From Mobula hypostoma (taxonomy: Eukaryota), in assembly GCF_963921235.1 (NCBI RefSeq), contig NC_086097.1, positions 47,990,001 to 48,054,000 on the forward strand: a stretch of DNA of 64,000 bases, read 5' to 3'. Positions within the stretch are counted from its first letter, which is position 1. The number at the start of each line of letters is the position of its first letter. A program made the translations under genes and the position numbers. Of the stretch, positions 26,652-40,390 are shown piece by piece. The notes beneath the pieces are model-generated. The model did not search any database and was not told the origin of the DNA. It saw nothing but the letters and a program-made list of their open reading frames with translations.

Positions 26652-27172
26652 TGGTATTTGGAACCCCCAATCATTTGAAGTGTTGGGAATTTACTTCCCA
26701 CATTAAATGATATCGCTTGATCGAGATTTGATCCTCCTTACTGTGGTACTTCACACTGAAGAGGTGATGTTAACAGCTGATGCTTAAAACCAGTGACTTG
26801 CTTATTTGTGCTGGGATTTTGTGATGTGAATATCATTTTCATCAACCAGTGTGCTGCCTGCTCCAAATAAAACTTCAGCTCTCCAGTTGTGGGCTTAGTC
26901 ACTGATCCACCCTCCAGCGTGGACAAGATACCCAGGTCTGGAACAACTTTAACAACACTTGTGTGTTCTTGGAGCTATCACAGTGCAACTCAGAATCACA
27001 CTGCTGGAGTGCGCATCAGTGATTCTGCAAAGCACCATTATTTGTGTGCCATTCAATACCATTGAGCGTTCCACACTTTCTCTATAATCTGTCCATAATT
27101 TCACTTTGCATTACAGGATTTAAGATTATACATTGCCCGAGATTTCAATCGTGCAGAATATCTTGTGTTTAT

Positions 27173-29432
27173 GGGTCAGGTCACAGATCTCTCGGTGGGT
27201 GAGCATCTGGGGGACAGTGACCACCGCTCCCTGGCCTTTAGCACTATCATGAAAAAGGATTGAATCAGAGAGGACAGGAAAATTTTTAACTGGGGAAGGG
27301 CAAATTATGAGGCTATAAGGCTAGAACTTGCGCGTGTGAATTGGGATGATATTTTTGCAGGGAAATGTACTATGGACACGTAGTCGATGTTTAGAGATCT
27401 CTTGCAGGATGTTAGGGATAAGTTTGTCCCGGTGAGGAAGATAAAGAATGGTAGGGTGCAGGAACCATGGGTGACAAGGGAGGTGGAAAATCTAGTCAGG
27501 TGGAAGAAGGCAGCATACATGAGGTTTAGGAAGCAAGGATCAGATGGGTCTATTGAGGAATATAGGGAAGCAAGAAAGGAGCTTAAGAAGGGGGCATGAG
27601 AAGGCCTTGGCGAGTAGGGTAAAGGAAAACCCCAAGGCATTCTTCAATTATGTGAAGAAAAAAAGGATGACAGGTGTGAAGGTAGGACCAATTAGAGATA
27701 AAGGTGGGAAGATGTGTCTGGAGGCTGTGGAAGTGAACGAGGTCCTCAATGAATACTTCTCTTCAGTATTCACCAGTGAGAGGGAACTTGATGATTGTGA
27801 GGACCATATGAGTGAGGTTGATGTTCTGGAGCATGTTGATATTAAGGGAAAGGAGGTGTTAGAGTTGTTAAAATACATTAGGACGGATAAGTTCCCAGGG
27901 CCTGATGGAATATTCCCCAGGCTGCTCCATGAGGTGAGGGAAGAGATTGCTGAGCCTCTGACTAGGATCTCTATGTCCTCGTTGTCCACAGGAATGGTAC
28001 CGGAGGATTGGAGGGAGGCGAATGTTGTCCCCTTGTTCAAAAAAGGTAGTAGGGATAGTCTGGGTAATTATAGACCAGTGAGCCTTACGTCTGTGGTGGG
28101 AAAGCTGTTGGAAAAGATTCTTAGAGATAGGATCTATGGGCATTTAGAGAATCATGGTCTGATCAGGGACAGTCAGCATAGCTTTGAAGGGCAGATCATG
28201 TCTAACAAGCCTGATAGAGTTCTTTGAGGAGGTGACCAGGCATATAGATGAGGGTAGTGCAGTGGATGTGATCTATATGGATTTTAGTAAGGCATTTGAC
28301 AAGGTTCCACATGGCAGGCTTGTTCAGAAAGTCAGAAGGCATGGGATCCAGGGAAGTTTGGCCAGGTGGATTCAGAAATGGCTTGCCTGCAGAAGGCAGG
28401 GGGTCATGGTGGAGGGAGTACATTCAGATTGGAGGATTGTGACTAGTGGTGTCCCACAAGGATCTGTTCTGGAACCTCTACTTTTCGTGATTTTTATTAA
28501 TGATCTGGATGTGGGGGTAGAAGGGTGGGTTGGCAAGTTTGCAGACGACACAAAAGGTTGGTGGTGTTGTAGATAGTGTAGAGGATTGTCAAAGATTGCA
28601 GAGAGACATTGATAGGATGCAAAAGTGGGCTGAGAAGTGGCAGATGGAGTTCAACCTGGAGAAGTGTGAGGTGGTACACTTTGGAAGGACAAACTCCAAG
28701 GCAGAGTACAAAGTAAATGGCAGGATACTTGGCAGTGTGGAGGAGCAGAGGGATCTGGGGGTACATGTCCACAGATCCCTGAAAGTTGCCTCACAGGTGC
28801 ATAGGGTAGTTAAGAAAGCTTATGGGGTGTTAGCTATCTTAAATCGAGGGATAGAGTTTAAGAGTCGTGATGTAATGATGCAGCTCTATAAAACTCTGGT
28901 TAGGCCACACTTGGAGTACTGTGTCCAGTTCTGGTTGCCTCACTATAGGAAGGATGTGGAAGCATTGGAAAGGGTACAGAGGAGATTTACCAGGTTGCTG
29001 CCTGGTTTAGAAAGTATGCATTATGATCAGAGATTAAGGGAGCTAGGGCTTTACTCTTTGGAGAGGAGGAGGATGAGGGGAGACATGATAGAGGTGTACA
29101 AGATAATAAGAGGAATAGGTAGAGTGGATAGCCAGCACCTCTTTCCCAGGGCACCACTGCTCAATACAAGAGGATATGGCTTTAAGGTAAGGGGTGGGAA
29201 GTTCAAGGGGGATATTAGAGGAAGGTTTTTTACTCAGAGAGTGGTTGGTGCATGGAATGCACTGCCTGAGTCAGTGGTGGAAGCAGACACACTAGTGAAG
29301 TTTAAGAGACTACTAGACAGGTATATGGAGGAATTTAAGGTGGGGGCTTATATGGGAGGCAGGGTTTGAGGGTTGGCACAACATTGTGGGCTGAAGGGCC
29401 TGTACTGTGCTGTACTATTCTATGTTCTATGA
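27173..29432 (+). mobile_element. Relatively young 5'-truncated CR1 LINE (ORF2 RT with few frameshifts)
   Basis: Long overlapping ORFs 27544-28227, 28184-28576 and 28530-29369: [46 protein letters not shown]; (TTCTATG)n tail. Confidence 0.92.
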
Positions 29433-29749
29433 TTTTAGTTTAATCATGCATTGCCTACTCCAAGTTTTAGGCATAATGTTGGGGCAAGAGCTGGACAGTA
29501 AGTAAAGCATTGTTTAGCAGCATTTGTAACCATATTTCACCTGGTGAACCAACTTAAAAGTAGTCCTGCACATTACTTGAAAGCTCAGCAATGTGCCCAT
29601 TCCTCTTAAATCAGTCTTTGTTTTTTTTTAAAGTTAATCCTAAATTCATGCAATCCTGATTTTTGTTTTGTGAAGTTAATTTGTATTGATAAGATTCAAA
29701 TTGAGCAATAATGATTTGTTAATCTTGAGTCTTACAACTTTTGTAATGA

Positions 29750-30770
29750 AGAGACACACAACGTTGGAGGAACTCAGTGGGTCCGATAGCATCTATGGAG
29801 GAAAATGGACAGTCCAGATTGAGATTCTTCATCAAGACCAGAAATAAGGGAGAACCAGTATAAAAGGATAGGGCATGGGGCTGGAGCAAGAGCTGGCAGA
29901 TGATAAGTGAATTTAGATGAAGGCAGAACATGGGGAGGTGGTGAGGGAGAGTGTGAATAATGGAAGAAACTGGGATGTTGTAAGTGGAAGTAACAAAAAT
30001 ATCTGCACAAGATGGAATCTGATCAGAGGAGAGTGGATCATGAAATATAGGGAAGTTGGGGATGAAGGAAACCGAAGGAAATGATGTGTAGGCAACTGGC
30101 AGAGAGAGTCCGAGGGAATGGGTTAGGGGAAACCAAAGAGGGTGCAGAGGGTGTGGTTACTGGAAATCAGAGAAAACAATGTTCATGCCATCAGGTGGGA
30201 GACTAGCAAGGTGGAATATGTGGTGCCATTCTTCATCTGTATCTATGTTCAACTTGACAATAGAGGAGACTGTGGTGGGGCATGTCAACGTGGGATTTTA
30301 ATGGTCTTAAGCAATGGAAATGGAGTTAAGATGGCTGCCCACTGAGAGATCCCGGTTTTTAATGGTAGATGTTGCACTAGCACTCACAAAGTGGTGACCC
30401 CATCTCCACCGGGTTTCACCAATGTAGAGGAGGCTATACTGGAAGCACCAGATGCAAATAAATGGCATTCAAATATTGTGCTGCTTCAGCAGGAAGGACT
30501 GTTTAGCCTGTATGGTAGTGAGGAAGGTAGTATAGGGGCATGTGCAACGTTTAGCATAATTGCAGGGATAAATGCTTGGAGGGTTATCAGTGGAGAACTA
30601 CAAGTGGACAAAGGAGTCAAGGACAGTGATTACCGCAGAGAGGGAGGGTGAGAGCGATGTGCCTGGTGGTGGGATCCCACTGGAAATGGCAGAGGTTGTG
30701 GAGAATGATGAGTTGAATGTGGAGGCTCATCGGATTGTGGGTGAAAACAAGGGGAAACCTGTTGTGTGAT
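29750..30770 (-). mobile_element. Degraded Penelope-like element
   Basis: PLE terminus near 29755-29840. The body is the reverse complement of sequence like 53400-53950 (GIY-YIG region). Confidence 0.6.
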
Positions 30771-30924
30771 TTGGAAGAGCTGAAGGTAGATGTGCAGGTG
30801 CAACTAGTGTTTCAGGTTGTTTTATATTTCAATGCAAGAAAGGCAGATGAGCACAGAGCACGGATCAACACATGGGAGATATAAAATGCATGCCAAAAGG
30901 CGATGGTACAATAGTCATGGGGTG

Positions 30925-33900
30925 GAGGGGAGACTTCAATATGCAGGTAGATTGAGAAAGTCAGGTTGGTGTAGGATTCCAGGAGGGAGAGTTTCTAGAA
31001 CTCCTACAAGACGGCATTTTGGAGCAGCTTGTGGGTGGCCTATTAGGGCATCAGCTATTCTGGATCGGATGTTGTGCAGTAAACCGGAATTGATCAAAGA
31101 GTTTAAGGTAAAAGAACGCTTAAGGATCAGTGATAAAAGTGTTATATCCCAATGCATGGGGTATAAGAAATAAGGTGGATGATCTTGTTGCACCAGTACA
31201 GATTGTCAGGTATGATGTTGTGGCCATCACTGATTTGTGGCTGAAGGATGTTTAGAGTTGGGAACTGAATGTCCAAGGTTGCACATTGTATTGGAAGGAT
31301 ATTAAAGGGAGGCAGAGGGGTTGGCGTGGCTCTGCTGGTAAAGAATGGCATCAAATCGGTAGAAAGATGTGGCATAGGATTGGAAGGTGTTGAATCCTTG
31401 TGGGTTGAGTTAAGAAATTGCAAAGGTAAAAGGACCCTCATGGCAGTAACATACAGGCCTCCCAACAGTGGCTGGGAGGTGGACCACAGATTGCAACAGG
31501 AAATAGAAAAGGTGTGTCAAATGGGCAATGTTATGAAAGTCATGGGAGATTTCAACATGCAGGTCAATTGGGGAAAATCAGGTTGGAAATGTGTGAGATT
31601 GTCGAATGCCTACCAAGTGGCATTTTAGAGCAGTTAGTTGTTGAGCCTATTAGGGGATAGTTATACTGGATTGATTGTTATGTAATGAACCAGAGTTGAT
31701 AGGGACCTTAAGGTAAAAGAACCCTTAGAAAGCAGTGATCACAATATGATTGAGTTCAACATGAAAATTGATAGATAGAAAGTAAAGTCTGATGTAACAG
31801 TACCTTAATGGAATAAAGGAAATTACAGTGGTATGAGAGAGGAGTTGGCCAAAGTAAATTGGAAGGAGATGCTAGCAGGGATGACAGCAGAGCAGCAACG
31901 ATGTGAGTTTCAGAGAAAAATTAGGAAGTTGCAGGATAGATGTATACCAAAAATGAGGAAATACTCAAATGGCAAAATAGTACAACTGTGGCTGACAAGG
32001 GAAGTCAAAGCTAATGTAAAAACAAGAGAAAGGACATACAACTAAACAAAAATTGCTGGGAAGACAGAATTGGGAAGCTTTTAAAACCCTACAACGAACA
32101 ACTAAAAGAATCATTAGAAGGGAAAAAGATTAAATATGAAAGTAAGCTAGCAAACAATATCAAAGTGGATAGTAAACGCTTTTTCAAGTATATTAAATAA
32201 ATGAGAGATGAGAGTGAATATAGGACTGCTAGAAAATGAGGCCGAAGAAATAATATCTGGGGACAAGGAGATGGAAGATGGACTAAATGAGTATTTTGTA
32301 TCAGTCTTCAGTGTGGAAGACACTAGCAGTGTGCCAGATGTTGAAAGGTGAGTGAAGAGAAGTGAGTGCAGTTACTATTACAAGGGAGGTGCTCATAAAG
32401 CTAAAAGATCTAAGGGTACATAAGTCACCCGGACCAGATGAACTGCACCCTAGGGTTCTGAAAGAGGTAGTGGTAGAGATTGTTGAGGCATTATTAATGA
32501 TGTTTCCAAAATAATTGGCATGGTGCCAGAGGACTGGAAAATTGCAAATGTCACTCCACTTTTTAAGAAAGGAGGAAGGCAGCAAAAAGGAAGTTATAGA
32601 CCAATTAGCCTGACCTCCGTGTTTGGGATGATGTTGGATTCAGTTGTTAAGGATGAGGTTATGGAGTACTTGTAGGACAAACTCAGCACGATTTGCTTAA
32701 GAGAAGATCTTGCCTGATGAACCTTTGGAATTCTTTGAGGAGATTACAGGTAGGATAGATAAAGGGGATGTTGTATATTTGGATTTTCAAAAGGCCTTTG
32801 ACAAGGTGCAACATGTGAGGATGCTTACCAAGTTAAGAGGCCATGGTATTACAGGAAAGTAACTGACATAGTTACAGCATTGGCTGATTGGTAGGAGGCA
32901 GCAAGTGGGAATAAAAGGATCCTTTTCTGGTTGCTTGCCAGTGATGACTGGTGTTCTGCAAGGGTCGGTGTTGACCACTTCTTTTTATGCTGTATATAAA
33001 TGATTTAGATGCGGGAATAGATGGCTTTGTTGCCAAGTTTGCAGCTGATACGAGGGTTGGTGGAGGGGCAGGTAGCGTTGAGGAAACAAGTAGGTCGCAG
33101 AAGGATTTAGACAGATTAAGAGAATAGCAAGAGAGGGGCAAATGAAACACAATGTTGGAAAAAGCTTTGGTAGAAGAAATAAATGCGCAGGCTATTTTCT
33201 AAATGGGGAGAAAATCCAAAAATCTGAGATGCAACGGGACTTGGGAGTCTCTGTGCAGAACTCCTTAAAGGTTAACTTGCTGGTAGAGTTGGTGAGGAGG
33301 GCATGTGTCACGTTAGCATTCACTTCAAGAGGTCTAGGGTACAAGAGCAGGAATATGATGCTAAGGCTTTATAAGGCATTGGTGAGGCCTCACTTGGGGA
33401 ATTGTGAACAGTTTTGGGCCCCTCATCTAAGAAAAGATGTGCTGGCATTGGAGAGGATTCAGAGGAGGTTCACAAGGATGATTCCAGGAATGAAAGTATT
33501 GTCATACGAGGAACATTTGATATCTCTGAGTCTATACTCGCTGGAGTTTAGAAGGATGAGGAGGGATCTCATTGAAACCTTTTGAATGTTGACCGGTCTA
33601 GACAGAGTAGATGTGGAAAGGATGCTTTCCATGGTGGAGAATTCCAGGACAAAAGGGCACAGCCTCAGGATAGAGGGACATCCATTTAAAAGAAAGATGT
33701 GAAGAAGTTTCTTGAGCCAGAGGTGAGTTCAGTTACTGTTTGTGGTAATTTGTGAAATTTATTGCCACAGGCAGCTAGGGAGGCCAGGTCGTTAGTTGTA
33801 TTTAAGGCAGAGCTTGATAGGTTCTTGATTGGACAGGGCATCAAAGGTTATGGGGCAAGGCTGGGCAGTGGGGCTGAGGAGGAGAAAAATGTGTTCAGCC

Positions 33901-33970
33901 ATGATTGAATGGCAGAGCAGACTCGATGGGCAAAATGGCCTAATTTTGCTCCTATGTCTTATGGTCTAAG
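30925..33970 (+). mobile_element. Degraded CR1 LINE ORF2 (APE and RT) with 3' UTR
   Basis: GGRGVGVALLVK, TYRPPNS, MGDFN, SDHNMIEF, PGPDELHPRVLKE, LDFQKAFDKV, KFAADT, LVRPHL; tail ctcctatgtcttatggtct. Confidence 0.85.
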
Positions 33971-35795
33971 TGATCATAATATGATCCAATTCACCCTGAA
34001 ATTTGAGAAGGAGAAGCTAAAGTCAGATGGTTCAGTATTACAGTGAAATAAAGGAAATTAGAGGCATGAGAGAGGAGTTGACCAGAATTAATTGGAAAAG
34101 AGCAGTGCCAGGAATGACAGCAGAGCTGGAATTTCTGGAAGCAATCGGGAAGGCACAGGATATATACATCCCAAAGAGGAAGAATTCTAAAGGCAAGAAG
34201 ACACAACTGTGGCTAATAACGGAAGTCAAAACCAACTTAAAAACCAAAGGGAGGGCATATAATAGAGCAAACATTAATGGAAAGTTAGAGGATTGGGAAG
34301 CTTCTAAATGCCAACAGAAGTCAACTAAGTAGTAATTAAGAAGGTAAAGATGGAATACAAAAATAAGTTGGCCAATAATAAAGAAGATGCCAAAAGTTTT
34401 TTCAGATACATGAAGTGTAAAAGAGATGCACGAGTGGATACCAGACCACTGGAAAATGATGCTGGAGAGATATTAATGGGGAACGAAGAAATGGTCGAAC
34501 TGAATAGGTATTTTGCATCGGCCTTCACTGTGGAAGATCTTAGCAGTATGATGGAAGTTCCAGGTGTCAGGGGTCATGAAGTGTGTGAAGTTACCATAAC
34601 TAGAGTAAAGGTTCTTGGGAAACTGAAAGGCCTGAAGGTAGATGTCACCTGGACCAGATGGTGTACACAGCAGGGTTCTGAAAGGAGTGGCTAAAGAGGT
34701 TGTGAGGCATTAGCAATGATCTTTCAATAATCACTAGGTTCTGAAAGACTGGAAAATTGCAAATGTCACTCCACTAAGCAAGAAGGGAGAGGCAGAAGAA
34801 GGGAAATTATAGGCCAGTTAGTCTGACCTCAATGATTGGGAAAATGTTGGAGCCTATTTTTAAAATGTGGTTCCAGGGTACTAGGAGACACATGATAAAA
34901 TAGGCTGTAGTCAGCATGGTTTCCTCAAGGGAAAATCTTTCCTGAAAAATCTGTTGGAATTCCTTGAAGAAATAACAATCAGGAGAGACAAAGGAGGATT
35001 AGTTGATGTTGAGCATTTGGATTTTTAGAAGGCTTTGACAAGGTTCCACATGTGAGGCTGCTTAACAAGTTATGAGCCCATGGTATTACAGGGAAGATTC
35101 CAGCATTGATAAAGCAGTGGCTGACCTGCAGGTTGCAAAGAGTGGGAATAAAGGGAGCCTTTTCTGGTTGGCTGCCGGTGACTAGTGGTGTTCCACAGGG
35201 GTCTCTGTTGGGACTGATTCTTTTTACGTTATATATCAATAACTTGGATAATGTAATTGATGGCCTTGTTGCCAAGTTTGCAGACAAAAGGTGGAGGGCT
35301 AAGTAGTTTTGGGGAAATAGCAGGGTTACAGAAGACAGATTAGGAGAATGGGCAAAGAGGTGGCAGATGGAATACAGTGTCGGTAAGTATATGGTCATGA
35401 GATTTGGTAGAAGAAATGAATGGATTGACTATTTTCTAAATAGAGAGAAAATACAACAATCTGAGGTGCAAAGGGATCTGGAAGTCCTTGTGCAGGATTC
35501 TCTACAGGTTAATTTACAGGTTGTATCTGTTGCGAGGAAGGCAAATGCGATGTTAACATTCATTTCAAGAGGACTAGAATATAAAAGCAAGGATGTAACT
35601 TTGAGACATTAGAAAGCACTGGTGAGGCCTCACTTGGAGCATTGTGAGCAGCTGTGAGCCCCTTATCTTAGAAGGTGTGTACTGAAACTGGAGGGAGTTC
35701 AAATGAGGTTCTCAAAAATGATTCCAGGATTGGATATCTTGTCATATGAAGTGTATCTGATGGGTCTGGGCTTTATTCACTGGAATTTAGAAGAA
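33971..35795 (+). mobile_element. Second degraded CR1 ORF2 copy, truncated at the Tc1 element
   Basis: [32 protein letters not shown]; colinear with the preceding copy. Confidence 0.8.
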
Positions 35796-35796
35796 T

Positions 35797-37217
35797 ATAA
35801 GTATTCATCACCCTTTAATATGACACACCAAATCATCACAATTTGTTTTAGAAGTCACATATTAGTTAAATGGAGATCTATTTTTGGGGACCTGTGAGTC
35901 AGTATCCTTGCAAAAACTACACCATGAAGACAAAAGAACACTTCAAGCAACTCTGTGAAAGGTTATTGAAAAGCACAAGGCAGGAGATGGATACAAGAAA
36001 ATTTCCAAGTCACTGAATATCCCTTGGAGTACAGTTCACTCAATCATCCAGAGATGGAAAGAATATGGCACAGCTGTAAATCTACCTAGAGCAGGCCATC
36101 CTCAAAAACTGAGTGACCGTGCAAGAAGGAGACTAGTGAGGGAGGCCACCAAGAGACATGTTAACTCAGGAGGAGTTACAAGCTTCAGTGACTGAAATGG
36201 GAGAGACTGCACATACAACAACTGTTGCCCAGGTGCTTCACCAGTTGTAGCTTTATGGGAGAGTGGCAAAGAGAAAGCTACTGTTGAAAAAAAAACTCAC
36301 ATGAAATCTTGGCTAGAGTTTGCCAGAAGGCATGTGGGAGACTCTGAAGTCAGCTGGAAGAAGGTTCTATGGTCTGATAAAACCAAAATTGAGCATTTTG
36401 GCTGCATTGTGCTGTGGGGATGCTTCATTGCAGAAGTCAGTGGAAAGCTTGTAAAGGTAGAGGGTAAAATGAATGCAGCAAAATACAGGGAAATCCTGGA
36501 TGACAACCTGATGCAGTGTGCAAGAGAACTTCGACTTGGGAGAAGATTTGTTTTCCAACAAGACAATGACCCCAAGCATAAAGCCAAAGCCACACAGGAA
36601 TGGCTTAAAAACAACATAGTTAATGTCCTGGAGTGAGCAAGTCAGCGATCAGAGCCCAATCAAATTGAGGATTTGTGGCTGGATTTGAAAAGGGCTGTTT
36701 GCTCATAATCCCCATGCAATCTGACAGAGCTTAAGCAGTTTTGTAAAGAAGAATGGGGGAAGATTGCAGTGTCCAGATGTGCAAAGCTGATAAAGACCCA
36801 TCCACACAGACTCAAGGCTGTAATTGCTGCCAAAGGTGTATCTACTAAATACTGACTTGAAGGGGGGGAATACTTATACAATCACCCTTCCAAGGGTCTC
36901 AGCTCGAAATGTCGACTGTACGCTCTTCCATAGGTGCTGCCTGGCCTGTTGAGTTCTTCCAGTATTTTGTGTGTGTTGCCTGGATTTCCAGCATCTGCAG
37001 ATTTTCTCTTGTTGCTTATGCAATCAATTATTTTATGTTTTATATTTGTAATTAGTTTAGAACACTTTGTAGAGATCTGTTTTCACTTTGACCTGAAAGA
37101 GTCTTTTTCTGTTGATCAGTGTCAAAAAAAAAGCCAAATTAAATCCACTGTGATTCAATGTTGTAAGACAATAAAACATGAAAACTTCCAAGGGGGTTAA
37201 ATATCAAGGGGCATTGT
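35797..37217 (+). mobile_element. Tc1-family DNA transposon (DD34E) with pseudogenised transposase at 35924-36855
   Basis: MKTKEH...GDGYKKISKSLNIPWSTV, VLWSD, FQQDNDPKH, and E exactly 34 residues after the second D (NQIEDLW). Ends AVIAAKGVSTKY*. Stops, frameshifts and an internal deletion; PLE fragment inserted at about 36885-37012. Confidence 0.88.
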
Positions 37218-37612
37218 ATACCAATGATCTAGATGATAATCTGGTGAACTGGATCAGTAAATTGGTGGATGACCCCAAGATTGGGGTCATAGTGGACAGC
37301 AAGAAAGGCCATCCTGGCTCGCAGCAGAATCTGAATCAGCTGAAAAGTAGGCTTAAAAATGGCAGATGGAATTTCATGCAGACAAGAGCAAGGTGTTGCA
37401 CTTCGGCAGGACCTATCAGGGTAGGTCTTACGCAGTGAATGGTCGGGCACTGAGGACTGTGGTAGAGCAAAGGGATCTTGGAATACAGGTACATAATTCA
37501 TTGAAAGTAGCGTCACAGTTAGATAGGTTCGTAAAGAAAGCTCTTGATGCATTGGTCTTCATAGATCAAAGTACTGAGTACAGGAGATGGGATGTTATGT
37601 TGAGGTTGGCAA
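37218..37612 (+). mobile_element. CR1 RT fragment
   Basis: NDLDD..ISKLVDDPKIG, QMEFHADKSKVLHFGR, EQRDLG. Confidence 0.7.
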
Positions 37613-37729
37613 GTGACTGACAAGAAATTATCGAGGTACCTGTAGGAGTCAGTGCGGTAAGTAATACTATTAATTTCCCAACTTATGTTAACTTCTTCCC
37701 CTTGTTCCTTTTGTTTTTGCTTGTCCCAC

Positions 37730-38145
37730 CATCTCCACCACCTTTGCTCTTTCCCCTTGCCGCCATTTCGATCTGCCCATCACCTACATGTTCCTGCTTT
37801 TGATTCATTCCTCACATCGTTTTATTCCATGATCCACTGTCCTCTCCTATCAGATTTCACCTTCTTCATCCCTTTGTCACTCCACCTATCACCTCTCAGC
37901 TTCTTGAATAATTTCCACTCTCCCCCTCCCTCACCTGGATCCACCTATTGCCTGCCAGCTCTTGCTTCACTCCTTTCTGCCATTTTTTAAATCTGCCTCT
38001 TTCCTTCCAGTCCTGATGATGGTTCTCAGCCCAAAATGTTGACTCTCCATTTCCTTCAATCGATGCAGTCTAAACTGCTGAGTTCCTCCAGCATTTTGTG
38101 TGTTGATCCAGCTTCCAGAATTGGCAGTTTCTTTTGTGTCTCCTG
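37730..38145 (+). mobile_element. Penelope-like 3' pyrimidine-rich region and terminus
   Basis: C/T-rich tract, then cagtcctgatgatggttctcagcccaaaatgttgac...ctgctgagttcctccagc as in other PLE copies. Confidence 0.6.
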
Positions 38146-38537
38146 AATGAAAGAACACAGATTGACTTCCAGATAATATAAACAAACTGAGTAAGTGGCT
38201 ACCAACATGGCAGATGGAATGTAATGTGGGAAAATGTGAGGTTATTCATTTCGTGGAGGAAAAAAATGCTAGCTGTTTTTTAAATGGTGAAAAATTGGGA
38301 AATCATAATGTTCAAGAGAACCTGACTATATTTGTAAACAAATCCAAGAAAGCTTAGATGCAGCAGGCGTGGTACCTCGAGATCATCAGCACTGAACTTT
38401 GAACTTTGAACTAGTTCCAGCACCAAATCACTGGCAGAGTTTGTGAAAAAAAAACAATAAACCTGGCTTGAAAGTACCATACTGGACTGAACTGAGGTAC
38501 AAGCAGGAAGCATCTGAACAGAGATTTCTTGTGTGTC

Positions 38538-38695
38538 ACACACACAAAATGCTGGAGGAATTCAGCAGGTCAGGCAGCATCTATGGAAAAGAGTGCAGTT
38601 GACGTTTCGGGCCGAGTCCCTTCAGCAGGACAGGGGGATAAAAAAAGATGAAGAGTCATTGTAAGAAGGTGGGGAGAGGGGAGTAAGAAACACGT
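38538..38695 (-). mobile_element. Penelope-like terminus
   Basis: cacacaaaatgctggagga...gacgtttcgggccgagtcccttcagcaggac matches the family terminus. Confidence 0.65.
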
Positions 38696-39564
38696 GAGAC
38701 AGTGAATTTCTATATTGATGCAAACTTTCTGAGACTATGCTCAACAGATTTCAAGAATTGTTGACGAATGTGCTTTTCTGACTTCTCATCACTAATAACT
38801 GAGAGATGTCCCCATCTCTGATGTCCCATGGAATTCATGAAGCTCCTAACAACTGCAGGGAATCCAAAAGTGGAGAGATATCATACAGACAATATCATAA
38901 AATGCTGTTACGGGGCAGACTATGTTCTGGGGCTCGGCTAACAGGATCTGATAGGCAGAACACACAGGCAAAAGCTCTCTGTTATTAGGTATCTCTCTGC
39001 AGTCAATGTCTTACAGATCACTCATCTGCCCTGTTCTGATTAGTGCTATAATTTATCAGCCAATTTGTGTGCATCCTCAACAAAGCTTGTCAGTGGGGCA
39101 TGTTGAAACTGCGACTATGCTGTAATGTTTAATTCAGATAGCTGAACTGAACTGAAGTTCAGGTATAGCTGAGGCCTGAAAACAGAATTAACTTAATTGT
39201 TACTCTTTTAAAATGTCAGTTCAACTTACCTGACTGGGGAAACAGGTACCATTTATTCTTATACAGGATGAGCTCTTGAAAATGTCTATGCATTACACGC
39301 CCATGTGCAGGTGAGCATACGTGTGCCTGGTATTTTCATGTTGCAATGACTCCAGTTTTCCTCTTGTGTTTGGGATTAACAGTTGCTGATGATAGATTAT
39401 GGAACTCAAACATTAACTGTTCCTCTCCTCTCTCCACAGATGCACCTTCTGTATTACTGTTAGAATTCCATGAGTTTGGAAAATGTAATTGCTAAATTAG
39501 TAAGAAATCTGTTTGCCTATTAATCTGATATAATGTTTTTTTTTCACATTTTTAACAAAAGGAA

Positions 39565-40390
39565 TAGAACTGAATTGAATTGACCTTATTATTTACAAAC
39601 TTTCTTCGTATATTCTTCGTACACACAAGGAGTAACAATCTTTACATTATGTCTCGTCTAACTGTGCAATGTGCAATTTATAGTTAGTTAATGGCTCCGT
39701 CTGTCTGAGTAGACAATGGATGCACCCCAGGGTGCAGAACTGGGCAATGAATATGAAGATCCTGGGCTGCCCAGACATCAAGATCCCCCTCTCGGCCTCG
39801 CGGATGTGGTCCAAAGGAATGCAAAGCAGTACATTTGGCATCAACTTGGCTGCAGGAGCTGCCGGGAGGTGACGTGATACGTCATCCAACCGCCTTAGGG
39901 GCTCCACTCCGGATTTGTGTAGGGTTTAGTCCTTAGCCTTCTCTTCTCTCGAAGATACCCACAAGGCAGTGGGATCCGTAACCCTGGATAGGGGCCCACA
40001 CTGGGTACTGTCAGCTGGAGCCAGCTGAGCCCGGGATTCATGTAAATCAGGGTCGTCACGCCCTGTAGTAGTGACATATGGAGTCACTACCCACTACCTC
40101 TTTTTATAATAATTTATAATAAATAGTATGTACAACAGGATAGTCAATATAACATAGAAATACAGTTGTGTCAGCATGAGATAAGCAGTCTGATGGCCTG
40201 GTGGAAGAAGCTGTCCCAGACCGTGTTGGTCCTGGCTTTCATGCTGCGGTACCGTTTCCTGGATGGTAGCAGCTGAAACAGTTTGTGGCTGGGGTGACTC
40301 GGGTCCCCAGTGATCCTTCGGGCCCTTTTTACATACCTGTCTTTGTAAATGCCTTGAATAGTGGGAAGTTCGCATCTATAGATGCACTGG
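39565..40390 (-). mobile_element. Rex1/Babar-like LINE 3' fragment interrupted by an RTE-like 5' fragment (about 39693-40095)
   Basis: RARRITGDPSHPSHKLFQLLPSRKRYRS...SFFHQAIRLL at 40171-40370; (TTCAA)-type tail near 39570. The GC-richer insert resembles RTE-clade 5' UTR sequence (by eye). Confidence 0.55.
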
